Shown here: positions 44,530 through 54,149 of the stretch, piece after piece | How the letters are laid out: each line of letters begins with the position of its first letter | How positions within the stretch are numbered: position 1 is the first letter of the stretch | Source: Bacteroidota bacterium | Lineage (GTDB): Bacteria > Bacteroidota > Ignavibacteria > Palsa-1295 | Length of the DNA: 64,000 nucleotides | Reading direction: 5' to 3' | Assembly (NCBI GenBank): GCA_021324735.1 | Contig: JAJPIO010000009.1 | Location: 659,341 to 723,340, forward strand | Position numbers and translations under genes: made by a program | The notes under the pieces: generated by a model | What the model saw: the letters and a program-made list of their open reading frames with translations, nothing else | Databases searched by the model: none | Told to the model about the DNA's origin: nothing

Positions 44530-47500
44530 CTATTTAAGCAGCAGCATCGTCCCTCGTAAACTACCATTGGCCGATTGGCCTGCAAACGTGACGGAGAAAT
44601 AATAACTTCCACCGCTCAGCGCGTGCAGATCGAACGTGTAAGGAAGTGACTCTCCATGCTTTAACGCAAGTGCATCATGCGAGATGACTTCGCCCAATGC
44701 ATTATAGAGCGTGACTTCCGCTACACCGTCCTCGCCTGCAAGGAGCTGAAGCGAACTCTTGTATCCGGTTTCGGATGTCACCGGATTCGGGCGCAATTGT
44801 TCGCTCGAGATGATCGGCTTGCCACCGAGCGTGCGTATCAGCGTGCTGTCTCCGCAAAGGACCTGAATTGCCGATGTAAGTCCTAACGCTCCGGCAGCGA
44901 GGTTGCAAACGCTGAATTGCGGATCGGTATGGTTAAGCTGTAGCGAATCGACCGAGATCTTTCCACCAACAGAATCCGACACGACGGCTTCCATGGCAAA
45001 TGTCACGATCGGTGTCGCCGGATCGAGCGTAATACCACTGGCATTGGTTACCTCGAAGGGGAAGTGTCCTAATCCACCGGTAACGATCTCTGGCCCATTC
45101 TGTGAAAGCATAAGTCCGGAAGCAGCACTGAGGGCACCCGTACCGACAATGAATGTGCTCGATGGATAGCTAAAGATACCACGAATGGAATTAAGCCCTA
45201 CACCTGTGACCGCACGATCCGGCTTGAGCAAGACGCGGAAGAACGTGCCAGCCGAGACGGGAGCTTTATCGAAGCTTACTAAGAAGTGGACAGAATCGGT
45301 TGGCGGTACATAACCGTCGAACGAGACATTTGCAAGATTATTTACCACTCCTTGTCCCGTTTTTAGAGAGACGATCGCGTTCACATTACCACGCGTTGAA
45401 CCATCATAACGGACATGAATGCTCGCGGTCGCTCCCGGAGTAATGTAGGTGGTATCAGTGGCCACAAAGCCGTTACCGGTAATGGTCGTTAATACCGTAT
45501 CGGTCCCGCACCCGGTATTAGCAATTTGAATGCTGGTATCACGCGAAGAGCAAGCACGGATCGTGTCAAAGCGGAAGTTGGTCGGCGTTGTCATGGTGAG
45601 CGCTCGGGCGCCGCCGCTTTGAGTAACCGTCATTTTAATGGGTGCGGTCGTACGGTTCGAAGAACCGTTCGAAAGTGTATACAGGAGCGTGAGGTTGCCA
45701 TTGTAGGTGTTCGCCGCAAGGCTCGTAATAGCAACGGTTACATGTAGCGTATCGTGAGAGCTGGTTGCCGGAGCAAGTTTTGCAGGAATTGCACGATCGG
45801 TATGAACGGTGAACGCGCCGGTAAGGCTGGGATCGAGCGAAAGACTGGTGATGGTCGTCGTGTCACAGCCGGTGTTATAGATCGCTACGGTTATGGAATC
45901 AGCACGATCGCATTCGCTCTTGGTACCAAAGTCAAAGGTCGAGGCCTGGATCGCCGGCGTGATATTGAAGTTCGAGGGTCCCGGCACGCCAATACCCGCG
46001 AAGAGAATACTATCGTAAACGACTTGTGTGCCATTATGTATGGCAGCTTTTAAAAGCGCTTTCCCATTCTCGATCCGCTTGCCGCTCGGCTGATATCGAA
46101 TGCGTAATGCAAGCGACTCTCCGGATTTCAGGGTCTTCGGCAAGTCCTGCGGGTCTAAGATCGTAAAGGATGGTGGCAGTGCCAGACTATCGATGAGAAT
46201 AGATTCGCCACACGTTGTATTCGTGAACGTGAAGGTACTATCGTGATAGCCCGGGCCGCATACCGCAACCTGGCTGAAATCCATTGCATTGGAATAGGAA
46301 AGGGCACCCGTCGAAGCTCCGGTACCAGAGAGTGCGATGGCATTGGTACTATCGAAACCGAAGTAATGATAATGAAGCAGTAGGTTACCCGATTTTCCGC
46401 CTAACTGTCCAGGCACAAATCGAATAAGTACATTTCTTCCTTCGGGGTTATTAACAACTACAAGCGGCAATTGCAGCGGTTTACCGTTCGTGTCCAGCAA
46501 TTCGAAATGCGAATCGGTAAGGTCCGCTTTCTTAATAAGCAGAGTATCGCAACCGCTGTTCATCAGCGTAATGACCTTATCAATCGAATCGCAGATGGCG
46601 ACAGAATCGAACGCGAAGGTAGTGGGTGTAGCAAGTGAGTTGCTAAGTTTTGCCGTGGTACGCAATGCCACACCAAAGCCGGTGTCATGCCCCATGTAAT
46701 GCATCGTTACTTTGAGCGAGTCAAAGAGCGTTTGAGCGTTCGTCGGGGTGGCTCGCAGGCGCAACCGTATCGTGTCACCACCACCAATGCGAAGAGGCAG
46801 CTTAAGTGGTGTTCCGGCGGCGTTCGAAAGAGTCCAATTGTTTTTCGCAAGCGTCGCTTTCGTGAGCGTGAGTGAATCGCATCCTTGATTGACGAGCAAC
46901 ACCGTCGTGTCAACCGCAATACAGAGCGGCAGCGTATCGGTCGTTATTGCATGCGGCTTGGTCGCATATTCCGCTGGGGCAGTCGTCCCGATCAGCTTAA
47001 CATGAAGAAAAACGGTATCGTAGGCAAGGGCGGGCGCACTCACGCAGGGCACCAGGTAAGTGGCATAAAAAATAACACGAATGGTTGCGGAATCCGATGC
47101 AGCAGAATCCATCATGGCGCCGGGATGCCATGCTAATCCGAACGGGACCGAATCTCCGACCTGAATGCTCATGAACGGCGAAGGGAGGCTATCAACCCAT
47201 ACAGCGCCCGTTGCAAACGGGCGGCGCAACGTATCGAGAATGCGAATGTCCTGAATGATGATCGAACTGGAATTGGAATCGTGAAGATAAAAAAGCTGCT
47301 TCGTTGTGTCGCAAAGCATCGCGGTCATGGGGCGAAGAGTGTCCTTGTTGGTCAGGTGTAGACCAGGTGCGTTGACAGTCTTCCATAATCCCGCCGAGCC
47401 GTCAGAAGCATAGACAATATTGCCACATCCGGTCACAGCAAAACGGGTATCACAAATGCGATAGGGATCGGCAGCGCCTTGGTTAGGTCCGCCAACAGAA

Positions 47501-48474
47501 TTCCAAGTCAAGCCGCCATCCGTAGATTCGAATAGTCCCTGCGTACTCCCCGAAATTCCTCCCGAGTTTTGAACGTACAAAATGCCTTCAACGCCCTCTA
47601 CATCACCAGTGGTATTGATCGGAAGTTGTGTGCGCGTCCAATCACGGCCTTCATCGGTAGAACGATAAATGTACGATCGTTGCGATACTCCAGCGACGGT
47701 CGTATCTTCCGGTGCTGCGATAAATGTGCTTGAATTCGGAATATGATAGACGCCCCATCCCTCATGTTGAAATCCACCAACGGAATTGACCCATGTAATC
47801 CCGCCATCGCTGCTTAATAGGAATGTTGTCGAGCTTTTTTGGCCGAATTCGGTCGCGACGACATCGTGCCCATGAAAGGCGAGTCCATTATTACGTAAAG
47901 TTTGATGTTGCATCCAGGTAAAACCGCTGTCGGTCGAAGCCCACAATCCGACTCCCAAGTCGCCGGTAACAATGAGTGCAGTATCCGTTTGCCGGACGCA
48001 CGCCAGGTGGCCAAAGGCCATGGAAGGGTTTTTCGGGTTCGGTTTCCATGTTTTGCCGCCGTCCGTCGTGCGCCAGAGGCATGGATCCCCGACATTCAAA
48101 TTTCCCGAAACGGTAAGCCATCCCCGCAGGGAATCGCTGAACCAAATATCAGTAATTTGAGGCGTTGTGTTATTAAGTGTCGGCACGCTGCTATTCGTCC
48201 ATGTAACTCCGCCATCGGTAGTCCATTGGACGCACCCATTCGTCGAGGTAGAAATATTCCAGTGAAAACCGACCACACCGACTTGCGAGTTAAAAAACCA
48301 CATGGCCGACACATAGCCGTCAGCTGCAGGGAATTGCTTCACTTGGATCCAATTGACTTGTGCTGAAACGGGCTTTGCCATTAAGGCGATGAACGCAATA
48401 TATGCTGCGAGACGGAGACAAGAATATCGCTGGATCGCGCGGATCATGGAAAAGAATAAGATTGTGGGACGCAT
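44530..48474 (-). CDS. Giant T9SS cargo: BNR/Ycf48-like beta-propeller followed by about 6 or more Cys-containing ASH/choice-of-anchor-D-like beta-sandwich domains
   Basis: ORF 44530..48735; ATG at 48474 or 48447 precedes the hydrophobic signal (AYIAFIALMAKPVSAQ). BNR motifs are TTDGGVTW, TTDGGKTW, STDSGFTW, SSDGGITW, STDEGRDW and STDGGLTW. Repeated units include LVNQGCDSLTLTKATL..F.L....PL.LP..I..G....L.L...P. The tail is TLYNALGEVI...LSGGSYYFSVTF. Confidence 0.75.
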   Translation of the reverse strand: MRPTILFFSMIRAIQRYSCLRLAAYIAFIALMAKPVSAQVNWIQVKQFPAADGYVSAMWFFNSQVGVVGFHWNISTSTNGCVQWTTDGGVTWTNSSVPTLNNTTPQITDIWFSDSLRGWLTVSGNLNVGDPCLWRTTDGGKTWKPNPKNPSMAFGHLACVRQTDTALIVTGDLGVGLWASTDSGFTWMQHQTLRNNGLAFHGHDVVATEFGQKSSTTFLLSSDGGITWVNSVGGFQHEGWGVYHIPNSSTFIAAPEDTTVAGVSQRSYIYRSTDEGRDWTRTQLPINTTGDVEGVEGILYVQNSGGISGSTQGLFESTDGGLTWNSVGGPNQGAADPYRICDTRFAVTGCGNIVYASDGSAGLWKTVNAPGLHLTNKDTLRPMTAMLCDTTKQLFYLHDSNSSSIIIQDIRILDTLRRPFATGAVWVDSLPSPFMSIQVGDSVPFGLAWHPGAMMDSAASDSATIRVIFYATYLVPCVSAPALAYDTVFLHVKLIGTTAPAEYATKPHAITTDTLPLCIAVDTTVLLVNQGCDSLTLTKATLAKNNWTLSNAAGTPLKLPLRIGGGDTIRLRLRATPTNAQTLFDSLKVTMHYMGHDTGFGVALRTTAKLSNSLATPTTFAFDSVAICDSIDKVITLMNSGCDTLLIKKADLTDSHFELLDTNGKPLQLPLVVVNNPEGRNVLIRFVPGQLGGKSGNLLLHYHYFGFDSTNAIALSGTGASTGALSYSNAMDFSQVAVCGPGYHDSTFTFTNTTCGESILIDSLALPPSFTILDPQDLPKTLKSGESLALRIRYQPSGKRIENGKALLKAAIHNGTQVVYDSILFAGIGVPGPSNFNITPAIQASTFDFGTKSECDRADSITVAIYNTGCDTTTITSLSLDPSLTGAFTVHTDRAIPAKLAPATSSHDTLHVTVAITSLAANTYNGNLTLLYTLSNGSSNRTTAPIKMTVTQSGGARALTMTTPTNFRFDTIRACSSRDTSIQIANTGCGTDTVLTTITGNGFVATDTTYITPGATASIHVRYDGSTRGNVNAIVSLKTGQGVVNNLANVSFDGYVPPTDSVHFLVSFDKAPVSAGTFFRVLLKPDRAVTGVGLNSIRGIFSYPSSTFIVGTGALSAASGLMLSQNGPEIVTGGLGHFPFEVTNASGITLDPATPIVTFAMEAVVSDSVGGKISVDSLQLNHTDPQFSVCNLAAGALGLTSAIQVLCGDSTLIRTLGGKPIISSEQLRPNPVTSETGYKSSLQLLAGEDGVAEVTLYNALGEVISHDALALKHGESLPYTFDLHALSGGSYYFSVTFAGQSANGSLRGTMLLLK

Positions 48475-48791
48475 CGAATGGACAGAATTATACCTGATTA
48501 GCGACATATTCGATACGCGGAAAGTTGCACGTTCCAGGGCCAAAAATTCCGGACGTGCGATTCCTTCCGATCTTACAAAATTACCGGTAAAATCTTTGTA
48601 TATTTGCAAACCAAGGCTCTTTGCAACCCTATATAGCGGATCTGCCTGACCGCTGTTCGCGGCGTCCTGCCGTCGTCCCATGAGCCTGTTCTTAATAATT
48701 GAATTACTATCTAAAGTAGGAGAACGAGTTCGCACGCTTCCGTTCGTGAAGCGAGCAGCTTCGAAATTAAGTCGCTTCCTTTAATATCCAA

Positions 48792-49067
48792 ATGTATCGT
48801 TACATTCTAAAACGGAATTTAACTATTGATCCGCGTCGAAAAGAGTTACTCGATGCGGAATGGAGTGTTGTTGATGTGAATACGAAAAATAAGGTCGGCG
48901 AACTTCGAAAGTCCGGCGCAACGTATGTGGCCCAAAGTGAATCGTTGCGAAGTACGGCCGAGACCGTCGACCCGTTGCTCGCACTGCGAATGGTCTTTCG
49001 AGCCGAACATTTCTTTGTTGAAGAAGCCGGACAATTGAGAAAGATCACTCCGGAAGACCTGCGATAA
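48792..49067 (+). CDS. Small hypothetical protein (91 aa)
   Basis: This is the only sizeable ORF in a 714-bp divergent intergenic gap. It has an ATG start and plausible codon usage but no recognisable motif. An antisense ORF of similar size also exists. Confidence 0.35.
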   Translation: MYRYILKRNLTIDPRRKELLDAEWSVVDVNTKNKVGELRKSGATYVAQSESLRSTAETVDPLLALRMVFRAEHFFVEEAGQLRKITPEDLR

Positions 49068-49188
49068 AAAATACTCTCGAACTACACTCGGTGGAGGGGG
49101 AATAATGCATTTTAACTCACCGTCTTTCTCCGAACTAAGCTATGGGGGAGGCGGTTGGGCCTTACAGGGTACAATATATACTGGTTAA

Positions 49189-50139
49189 ATGCCTTCTACG
49201 TGTATGAAGAGCTTTTTTCGTCTTGCCATTTTCCTTCTCGTTTTCGTGTTGGCCGGTAAAGCTGTAGCACAAGAACTCGATGCACAGGTCGACCTCAACT
49301 TGAGCGCACTGGGCGAACAGGACCGCCTCAATTTTCAAACCTTTAAGCACGACCTCGAAGGCTATCTAAATAATTATACGTGGACGACCAATTTCTCCGG
49401 CGATCGTATTCGCTGCACGTTCCAGTTCAATATCATTAGCGCCAACGGCGGCGATTACACCGCACAGCTCTTCGTCAATAGCACACGGCCGCTCTATAAA
49501 AGCGATCAGGTAACAACAATGGCTCGTTTCTTCGATGGTTCGCTCGAGTTCAGTTATTATCGCGATGAAGAATTGCAGCACGGCAATAATTATCGCTCGC
49601 TCGAAAGTGTCCTTGATTTTTACGTCTATATTATTCTGGGTCTCGATTACGATTCGTACAAGCAGCAGGGGGGTACACCGTATTTCCAGCAAGCGCAGAC
49701 GGTCGCTATCGTTGCGAATTCGGCGAACGGCTCTGGATGGCAGCGGGATGTGACCAGTATCGGGACATACACTCGTTTCGGATATATTCAGGACGCGCTG
49801 GATGCCAACAATCGAGTTTTCCGCGATCTTATCTGGAATTATCACTACAATGGACTCGATCTCGAATCGACGAAGCCCGAGGAAGCGCGCATTGCTATCG
49901 GCACCGTGATCGATTCGCTCGTTTCACTGAAGCGAGTGTCATCTGCTGTGGGACGCAGTGTGTTCCTTCGCGCCTTCTTCGAAGCGAAGTATCCCGAGCT
50001 GGCCGAACATGCCCGTATGTTCCCGGACAACATGCCAATGTACTTTCAAAAGCTCGGCTATTTAGACCCGGTACACCAGAATTATTATCAGGAAGCTCTT
50101 ACCAAAGCCCAGCAGCCACCACCCTCTGGTGGTGGATAA
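49189..50139 (+). CDS. DUF4835-family protein (family linked to T9SS as PorD in some annotations)
   Basis: 316 aa. After a signal peptide, QELDAQVDLN...FQTFKHDLEGYLNNYTWT...F.G.RI.C.F.......GDYTAQLFVNSTRPLY.S...T....F.D....F.Y...E.L......SLESVLDFYVYIILGLDYDSY...GG.PYFQQAQ..V..A matches my recollection of the DUF4835 consensus. Confidence 0.55.
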   Translation: MPSTCMKSFFRLAIFLLVFVLAGKAVAQELDAQVDLNLSALGEQDRLNFQTFKHDLEGYLNNYTWTTNFSGDRIRCTFQFNIISANGGDYTAQLFVNSTRPLYKSDQVTTMARFFDGSLEFSYYRDEELQHGNNYRSLESVLDFYVYIILGLDYDSYKQQGGTPYFQQAQTVAIVANSANGSGWQRDVTSIGTYTRFGYIQDALDANNRVFRDLIWNYHYNGLDLESTKPEEARIAIGTVIDSLVSLKRVSSAVGRSVFLRAFFEAKYPELAEHARMFPDNMPMYFQKLGYLDPVHQNYYQEALTKAQQPPPSGGG

Positions 50140-50247
50140 AGACCTCCTGCGCAGTGAAACGGAGTAGGAGGGGCAACCTAATTTCGTTGCCATGTCGGTA
50201 CCATTCTTCCCACTAACTCTGTTCCTATTTTTGCAGAGCCTATTGCT

Positions 50248-51291
50248 ATGAACATCAGAGAATTAGCCAAACACATCGGAGCAGTTCACCTGGAGTTTGC
50301 TCGAGGGGATGAAGAGATCACATGCGCTACGGGGGTCGAGGATGGAATCCCAGGAGCGGTTACCTTTATTGGCAATCCGCTTTACGAGCGTTACCTCAGT
50401 TCGACTCGCGCTTCAGCGGTCATTCTGAACGAGTATATGAAGGTCCCGTACGGCCTCGGCGAAGGACCGGCGGTGCTTCGTGTTTCGAACGCATACGAGG
50501 GTTTTGCTCGAGCGCTCGAGCTCTTTAGTCCCAGGCGCGAAAGGCCACCACGCGGTATTCATCCATCCGCTGTTGTCGACCCCACGGCACACATACATCC
50601 CGATGCACATATTGGTACACATGTGTTCATCGGAGCGCGAGCGCGCATTGGCGCTAACACTGTTGTGGGCCATGCAGCATATATTGGGCCCGATACGCAT
50701 ATCGGTGAGGACTGTGAGATCCATCCGAACGCCACCATCTACGATCGGATGAAGATCGGCAATCGAGTGGTGATCGGTGCGGGCAGCGTTATCGGATTCG
50801 ATGGCTTCGGTTATGTGCCGATGGGCGATGGTTCGTATCGCAAAATTCCTCAGATCGGTATCGTGGTATTAGAGGATGACGTTGAGATCGGCGCCAATAC
50901 GACGATCGATCGTGCGACCGTAGCCGAGACACGCATTCATCGTGGTGTCAAGTTGGATAATCTTATACAGATCGCGCACAATGTCGAACTTGGCGAGCAT
51001 ACCGCAATGGCGGCGCAGTCGGGTATTTCCGGCTCGACAAAATTAGGTAAGCGAAATATTGTGGGTGGACAGGCGGGCTTTACCGGTCACATTCAAACCG
51101 CAGACGGTGTGATCGTCGGTGCGCAATCCGGTGTATCGAAATCAGTGACGAAGCAAGGTCTGTATATGGGCTCTCCAGCGCGGAACAGTCGCGAAATGCT
51201 CAAGCTCGAAGGTGCAATGCGTTCGCTACCCGATCTCATCGAGCGTGTAAAGAAGCTGGAAGAGCAATTGGCGGCAAAAGCAGAACCTTGA
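50248..51291 (+). CDS. lpxD: UDP-3-O-acylglucosamine N-acyltransferase LpxD
   Basis: 347 aa. It has an N-terminal uridine-binding domain, a long left-handed beta-helix hexapeptide run ([38 protein letters not shown]...) and a C-terminal helix. Confidence 0.9.
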   Translation: MNIRELAKHIGAVHLEFARGDEEITCATGVEDGIPGAVTFIGNPLYERYLSSTRASAVILNEYMKVPYGLGEGPAVLRVSNAYEGFARALELFSPRRERPPRGIHPSAVVDPTAHIHPDAHIGTHVFIGARARIGANTVVGHAAYIGPDTHIGEDCEIHPNATIYDRMKIGNRVVIGAGSVIGFDGFGYVPMGDGSYRKIPQIGIVVLEDDVEIGANTTIDRATVAETRIHRGVKLDNLIQIAHNVELGEHTAMAAQSGISGSTKLGKRNIVGGQAGFTGHIQTADGVIVGAQSGVSKSVTKQGLYMGSPARNSREMLKLEGAMRSLPDLIERVKKLEEQLAAKAEP

Positions 51292-51316
51292 TTCAAGAAA
51301 GCGACAGAATGCCATT

Positions 51317-52087
51317 CTAAGCTGCCAGTGGATCGTGCTTTACACGATGGGTAATCGCTACGATGATAATCATAGCGACGGCGATGACAAGCGATGAAGT
51401 TATCCGATCGAGATTGAGACCCCCGTCAGTTGTAGGTTTGGTCAGTGTGTCACCGAGTGTTGCACCCAAGGGGCGGGTCAGCACATACGCGGCCCAGAAT
51501 AGAACGCTGTCTGATATCTCGGTCAGGTAGTGGAGCAACGCCACGATACCAATAAGTACAGCAAAGACGAGCGCGCCACCTTCGAAGCCAAGACGGGTTG
51601 TCGTCGCCACAAAATCTCCGAGTGCCGTACCTAAGGTATTAGAGACGAGGATTGTAACCCAATAAAACGTCTCGTTCTTTCGATCGACAATATGATCGAC
51701 GCGAATCGAACCGGTCGAAAAGCGCCAAATGATCAAGATGATAAGCACAAGAATAAAAAGAACGATCGATGACAGAACATATCCGAGCCCAACAGTGCGA
51801 TCGATGTAATCGGATGTTGTCGTACCTACCGTCGTCGTAGCGACGACCACGGCCCAATAATAGAGTGGATGATACCGTTCGACGCGAACCTGCAGGATAA
51901 GCGTGACGACAAAAAACACAAGAAAGATTATCGTACTGACTGCATATCCCAGCTTTAACGTCATCGAAAGAGCATCACCGCCAGTCTCGCCAAGAGTAGT
52001 CGCAAAAATCTTCACGATCCAAAATGCGAGCGTCACTTCCGGGACCTTACTCATCAATTGTTGTCCGAGCGGGCGGTCATGTTGCAT
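51317..52087 (-). CDS. Integral membrane protein with internal duplication (COG4705/DUF347-like)
   Basis: 256 aa with about 8 TM segments. The motif (A)TTLGETGGDALS / NTLGTALGDFVA / RPLGATLGDTLT is repeated. The family call is tentative. Confidence 0.45.
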   Translation of the reverse strand: MQHDRPLGQQLMSKVPEVTLAFWIVKIFATTLGETGGDALSMTLKLGYAVSTIIFLVFFVVTLILQVRVERYHPLYYWAVVVATTTVGTTTSDYIDRTVGLGYVLSSIVLFILVLIILIIWRFSTGSIRVDHIVDRKNETFYWVTILVSNTLGTALGDFVATTTRLGFEGGALVFAVLIGIVALLHYLTEISDSVLFWAAYVLTRPLGATLGDTLTKPTTDGGLNLDRITSSLVIAVAMIIIVAITHRVKHDPLAA

Positions 52088-52170
52088 TGTTTATAGAATC
52101 AATATATTACTGCAGTAATGTCCCTTCGAACAATAGGGGTGCCAAGGTAATGGGACCAATGCCTTCTTGC

Positions 52171-52800
52171 TTATTCTTTGGTTTCGCAAAGTACCACACC
52201 ATCAGCCGAAAATATTACCTCTCGTTTGTCGTGTGGTTTTGCAAGATCGACCGCATATTGTGTTGAGTTATCGGCAAGCACTAATTCTTCAATTTGCTTA
52301 CCGGGGTGGAAGCCCGCGTACTGCGACTTAACTGTTGCCTGGATTTTGGAAGGAGCCGACGAAAGCGGTACATCCTGCTCCCGCTGAACGTAAATACCAT
52401 TTGGAAGGAATATCACAGAATACGGAGTTTTGCCAGATGCCTTGATCGCTACGTCGATTGCCGGCTTGTCACCACATAGGGGATCGTATGTTGCCGATAC
52501 GATCGTATAACCAGGATAATGCTGTCTCACAAATGGACGAACGGAATCCGGCAAGTTATGCACTGACACTTTTTTTGCATCGAAGTATACTTCGGTGGAG
52601 GGTTTTTGCACAACCGAACCCTTTGCAACCGACGTACTTTCAGGAATTGTTGGACTGCTTGCAGAGGCAGCAGCATTCGTGTTGGTCGTATCGGATGTCT
52701 GAACCTCCGAGTGCTTTCCACATCCGGTCAGGATCGATCCGAGGAGGATTGATCCGATCAAGGATGCCCAGATAAGTGATAGGTAAGTAACGGCCTTCAT
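52171..52800 (-). CDS. Lipoprotein with two PepSY-like (putative beta-lactamase-inhibitor-like) repeats
   Basis: ORF 52171..52866; the ATG at 52800 gives MKAVTYLSLIWASLIGSILLGSILTGCGK. LPDSVRPFVRQHYPGYTIVSATYD and IQATVKSQYAGFHPGKQIEELV resemble PF11396-type repeats. Confidence 0.5.
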   Translation of the reverse strand: MKAVTYLSLIWASLIGSILLGSILTGCGKHSEVQTSDTTNTNAAASASSPTIPESTSVAKGSVVQKPSTEVYFDAKKVSVHNLPDSVRPFVRQHYPGYTIVSATYDPLCGDKPAIDVAIKASGKTPYSVIFLPNGIYVQREQDVPLSSAPSKIQATVKSQYAGFHPGKQIEELVLADNSTQYAVDLAKPHDKREVIFSADGVVLCETKE

Positions 52801-52956
52801 AGATATATGTCGTACTGAGCTTTGTCCCACTTTAGACTCCTTAAGATTTGCCATAACTGAGAGCAAAGATTATTCCAATAGAAGAGCATGGTGAACAGAA
52901 ATGGTCTGAAAAAGGACGTATAGAAGAATAGATTCTCCGCTTTCTGCGAACCAAAT

Positions 52957-52986
52957 AAAAAAACCCGCAACCGAGAGGTATGCGGG
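52957..52986 (-). terminator. Rho-independent terminator (minus strand)
   Basis: The minus strand reads cccgca-tacctctcggt-tgcggg followed by ttttttt (plus-strand A-run 52957-52963). It lies about 190 nt downstream of the stop of the 53177 gene. Confidence 0.7.
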
Positions 52987-53176
52987 ATTGCGGAAACCTG
53001 ACTCACCGGACCACCGACGAACCAAATCACATTCAGGCAATCTGGCTCATCCGGTTTCCGCACACGCAAAGACGAATAAGCCCACCTGTGCCTGACAGTC
53101 TTTCATAGCTTTTTGAAATTCAGAAAACGGCGTAAGACTTCTTAACTGTATCACTCTTTCCACCTCTGGTATTGTA

Positions 53177-53575
53177 TCAATCTTTCCGTAAGCTATAGAG
53201 CACTCGGCTCATCACGCGGCTGAGCGAAACAATGATCGAATCGCTGGTCTCTTCGACATCGACCGTAGCTTGGTGACCGTAGTATTTGTCCGCAGCAGTG
53301 AGGGACCACTCTCCGCCTTCTGGGTGGACGAGATGTACGGTATCGCGATCGCCCGAGTGCGTCGTTACAGCTAACTCGGCGATCGAGCTATCGAGTGCGA
53401 TATGCCAGTACCCCTCTACCTTCTGACGATCGGGGACGTGCGCTTGCCAGTATGTCGCAATGCCGCGGCAAGGCACCCTGCGAGAGGGTACACTGGACCA
53501 ATCGCTCATTACTGTTTTACTCGAGCACGCGGACAACAATAATACACTAAGCAGAATAGGAAAGGGAAATCGCAT
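53177..53575 (-). CDS. Hypothetical lipoprotein (paralog A)
   Basis: 132 aa with MRFPFPILLSVLLLSACSS lipobox. It shares W.IA.DSS.A.L...T..G..DTV.L with the next gene. Confidence 0.6.
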   Translation of the reverse strand: MRFPFPILLSVLLLSACSSKTVMSDWSSVPSRRVPCRGIATYWQAHVPDRQKVEGYWHIALDSSIAELAVTTHSGDRDTVHLVHPEGGEWSLTAADKYYGHQATVDVEETSDSIIVSLSRVMSRVLYSLRKD

Positions 53576-53723
53576 ACCTGGAGGTTTTGCAAGACCATCC
53601 GTTAACAGCCTTTCGGAGTGCTAAGTGCTAAGTCGGTAATGACTGCTCAGTGCTAAGTCAAAAGTCCCCAGGCCGAAGTCCCCGTCGTCGCTTGAGTCCT
53701 ATAAGTCCCGAGAACAGTTATAT

Positions 53724-54149
53724 CTACAACTTCTTCATCAGATAATCCGACCCCGAAAACCCAAAGCCCATGAAGATTTTCACGGAGTCAGCGGTGTTAT
53801 CGACCTCCGGGTCCCAGCCGTAGGTGCTTCGCGAATCCTTCGCAGCAAAGTGCCATAGTGAATCGCGACGTAGATAAACGGTATCTCCACTTCCACGGAG
53901 TGTTATGAGGTAAAGGATCGCCCATGATGAGTCGCTGGCGATTTTCCAGGTACCCGTAGCTGAGGATGTATCTTCTTCTCCGGCAACGTCCGTCCAATAA
54001 AGCGCGTGGCCTGCGACACTATAGGTATGCATCGTATCGGGTACGATCGAGCCGTTCAGTGTCGTATTCGTACTATGCGAGCAGGATACGAGAAGACTGC
54101 TAACGAGAAGTGCTGTAACGAGAAGCGGTGGAACGATAGGATATTTCAT
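53724..54149 (-). CDS. Hypothetical lipoprotein (paralog B)
   Basis: ORF 53724..54206; the ATG at 54149 gives MKYPIVPPLLVTALLVSSLLVSCSH. GTWKIASDSSWAILYLITLRGSGDTVYL aligns with GYWHIALDSSIAELAVTTHSGDRDTVHL of paralog A. Confidence 0.6.
   Translation of the reverse strand: MKYPIVPPLLVTALLVSSLLVSCSHSTNTTLNGSIVPDTMHTYSVAGHALYWTDVAGEEDTSSATGTWKIASDSSWAILYLITLRGSGDTVYLRRDSLWHFAAKDSRSTYGWDPEVDNTADSVKIFMGFGFSGSDYLMKKL

Noticed and set aside
48475-48735. 87-96-aa N-terminal extension of the 1401-aa ORF
   Set aside because: The extension precedes the obvious signal peptide (AYIAFIALMAKPVSAQ) and has no features. Internal ATGs at 48474 and 48447 give a canonical secreted precursor.
52990-53100. SRP (4.5S) RNA or 6S RNA in the structured region; RNase P-like 'aaagtcc' at 53661
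   Set aside because: The conserved SRP domain IV motifs (GGAA tetraloop context, AGCAGCC) are absent. The aaagtcc hits belong to the decayed heptamer tract. No P4-type pairing partner is evident.
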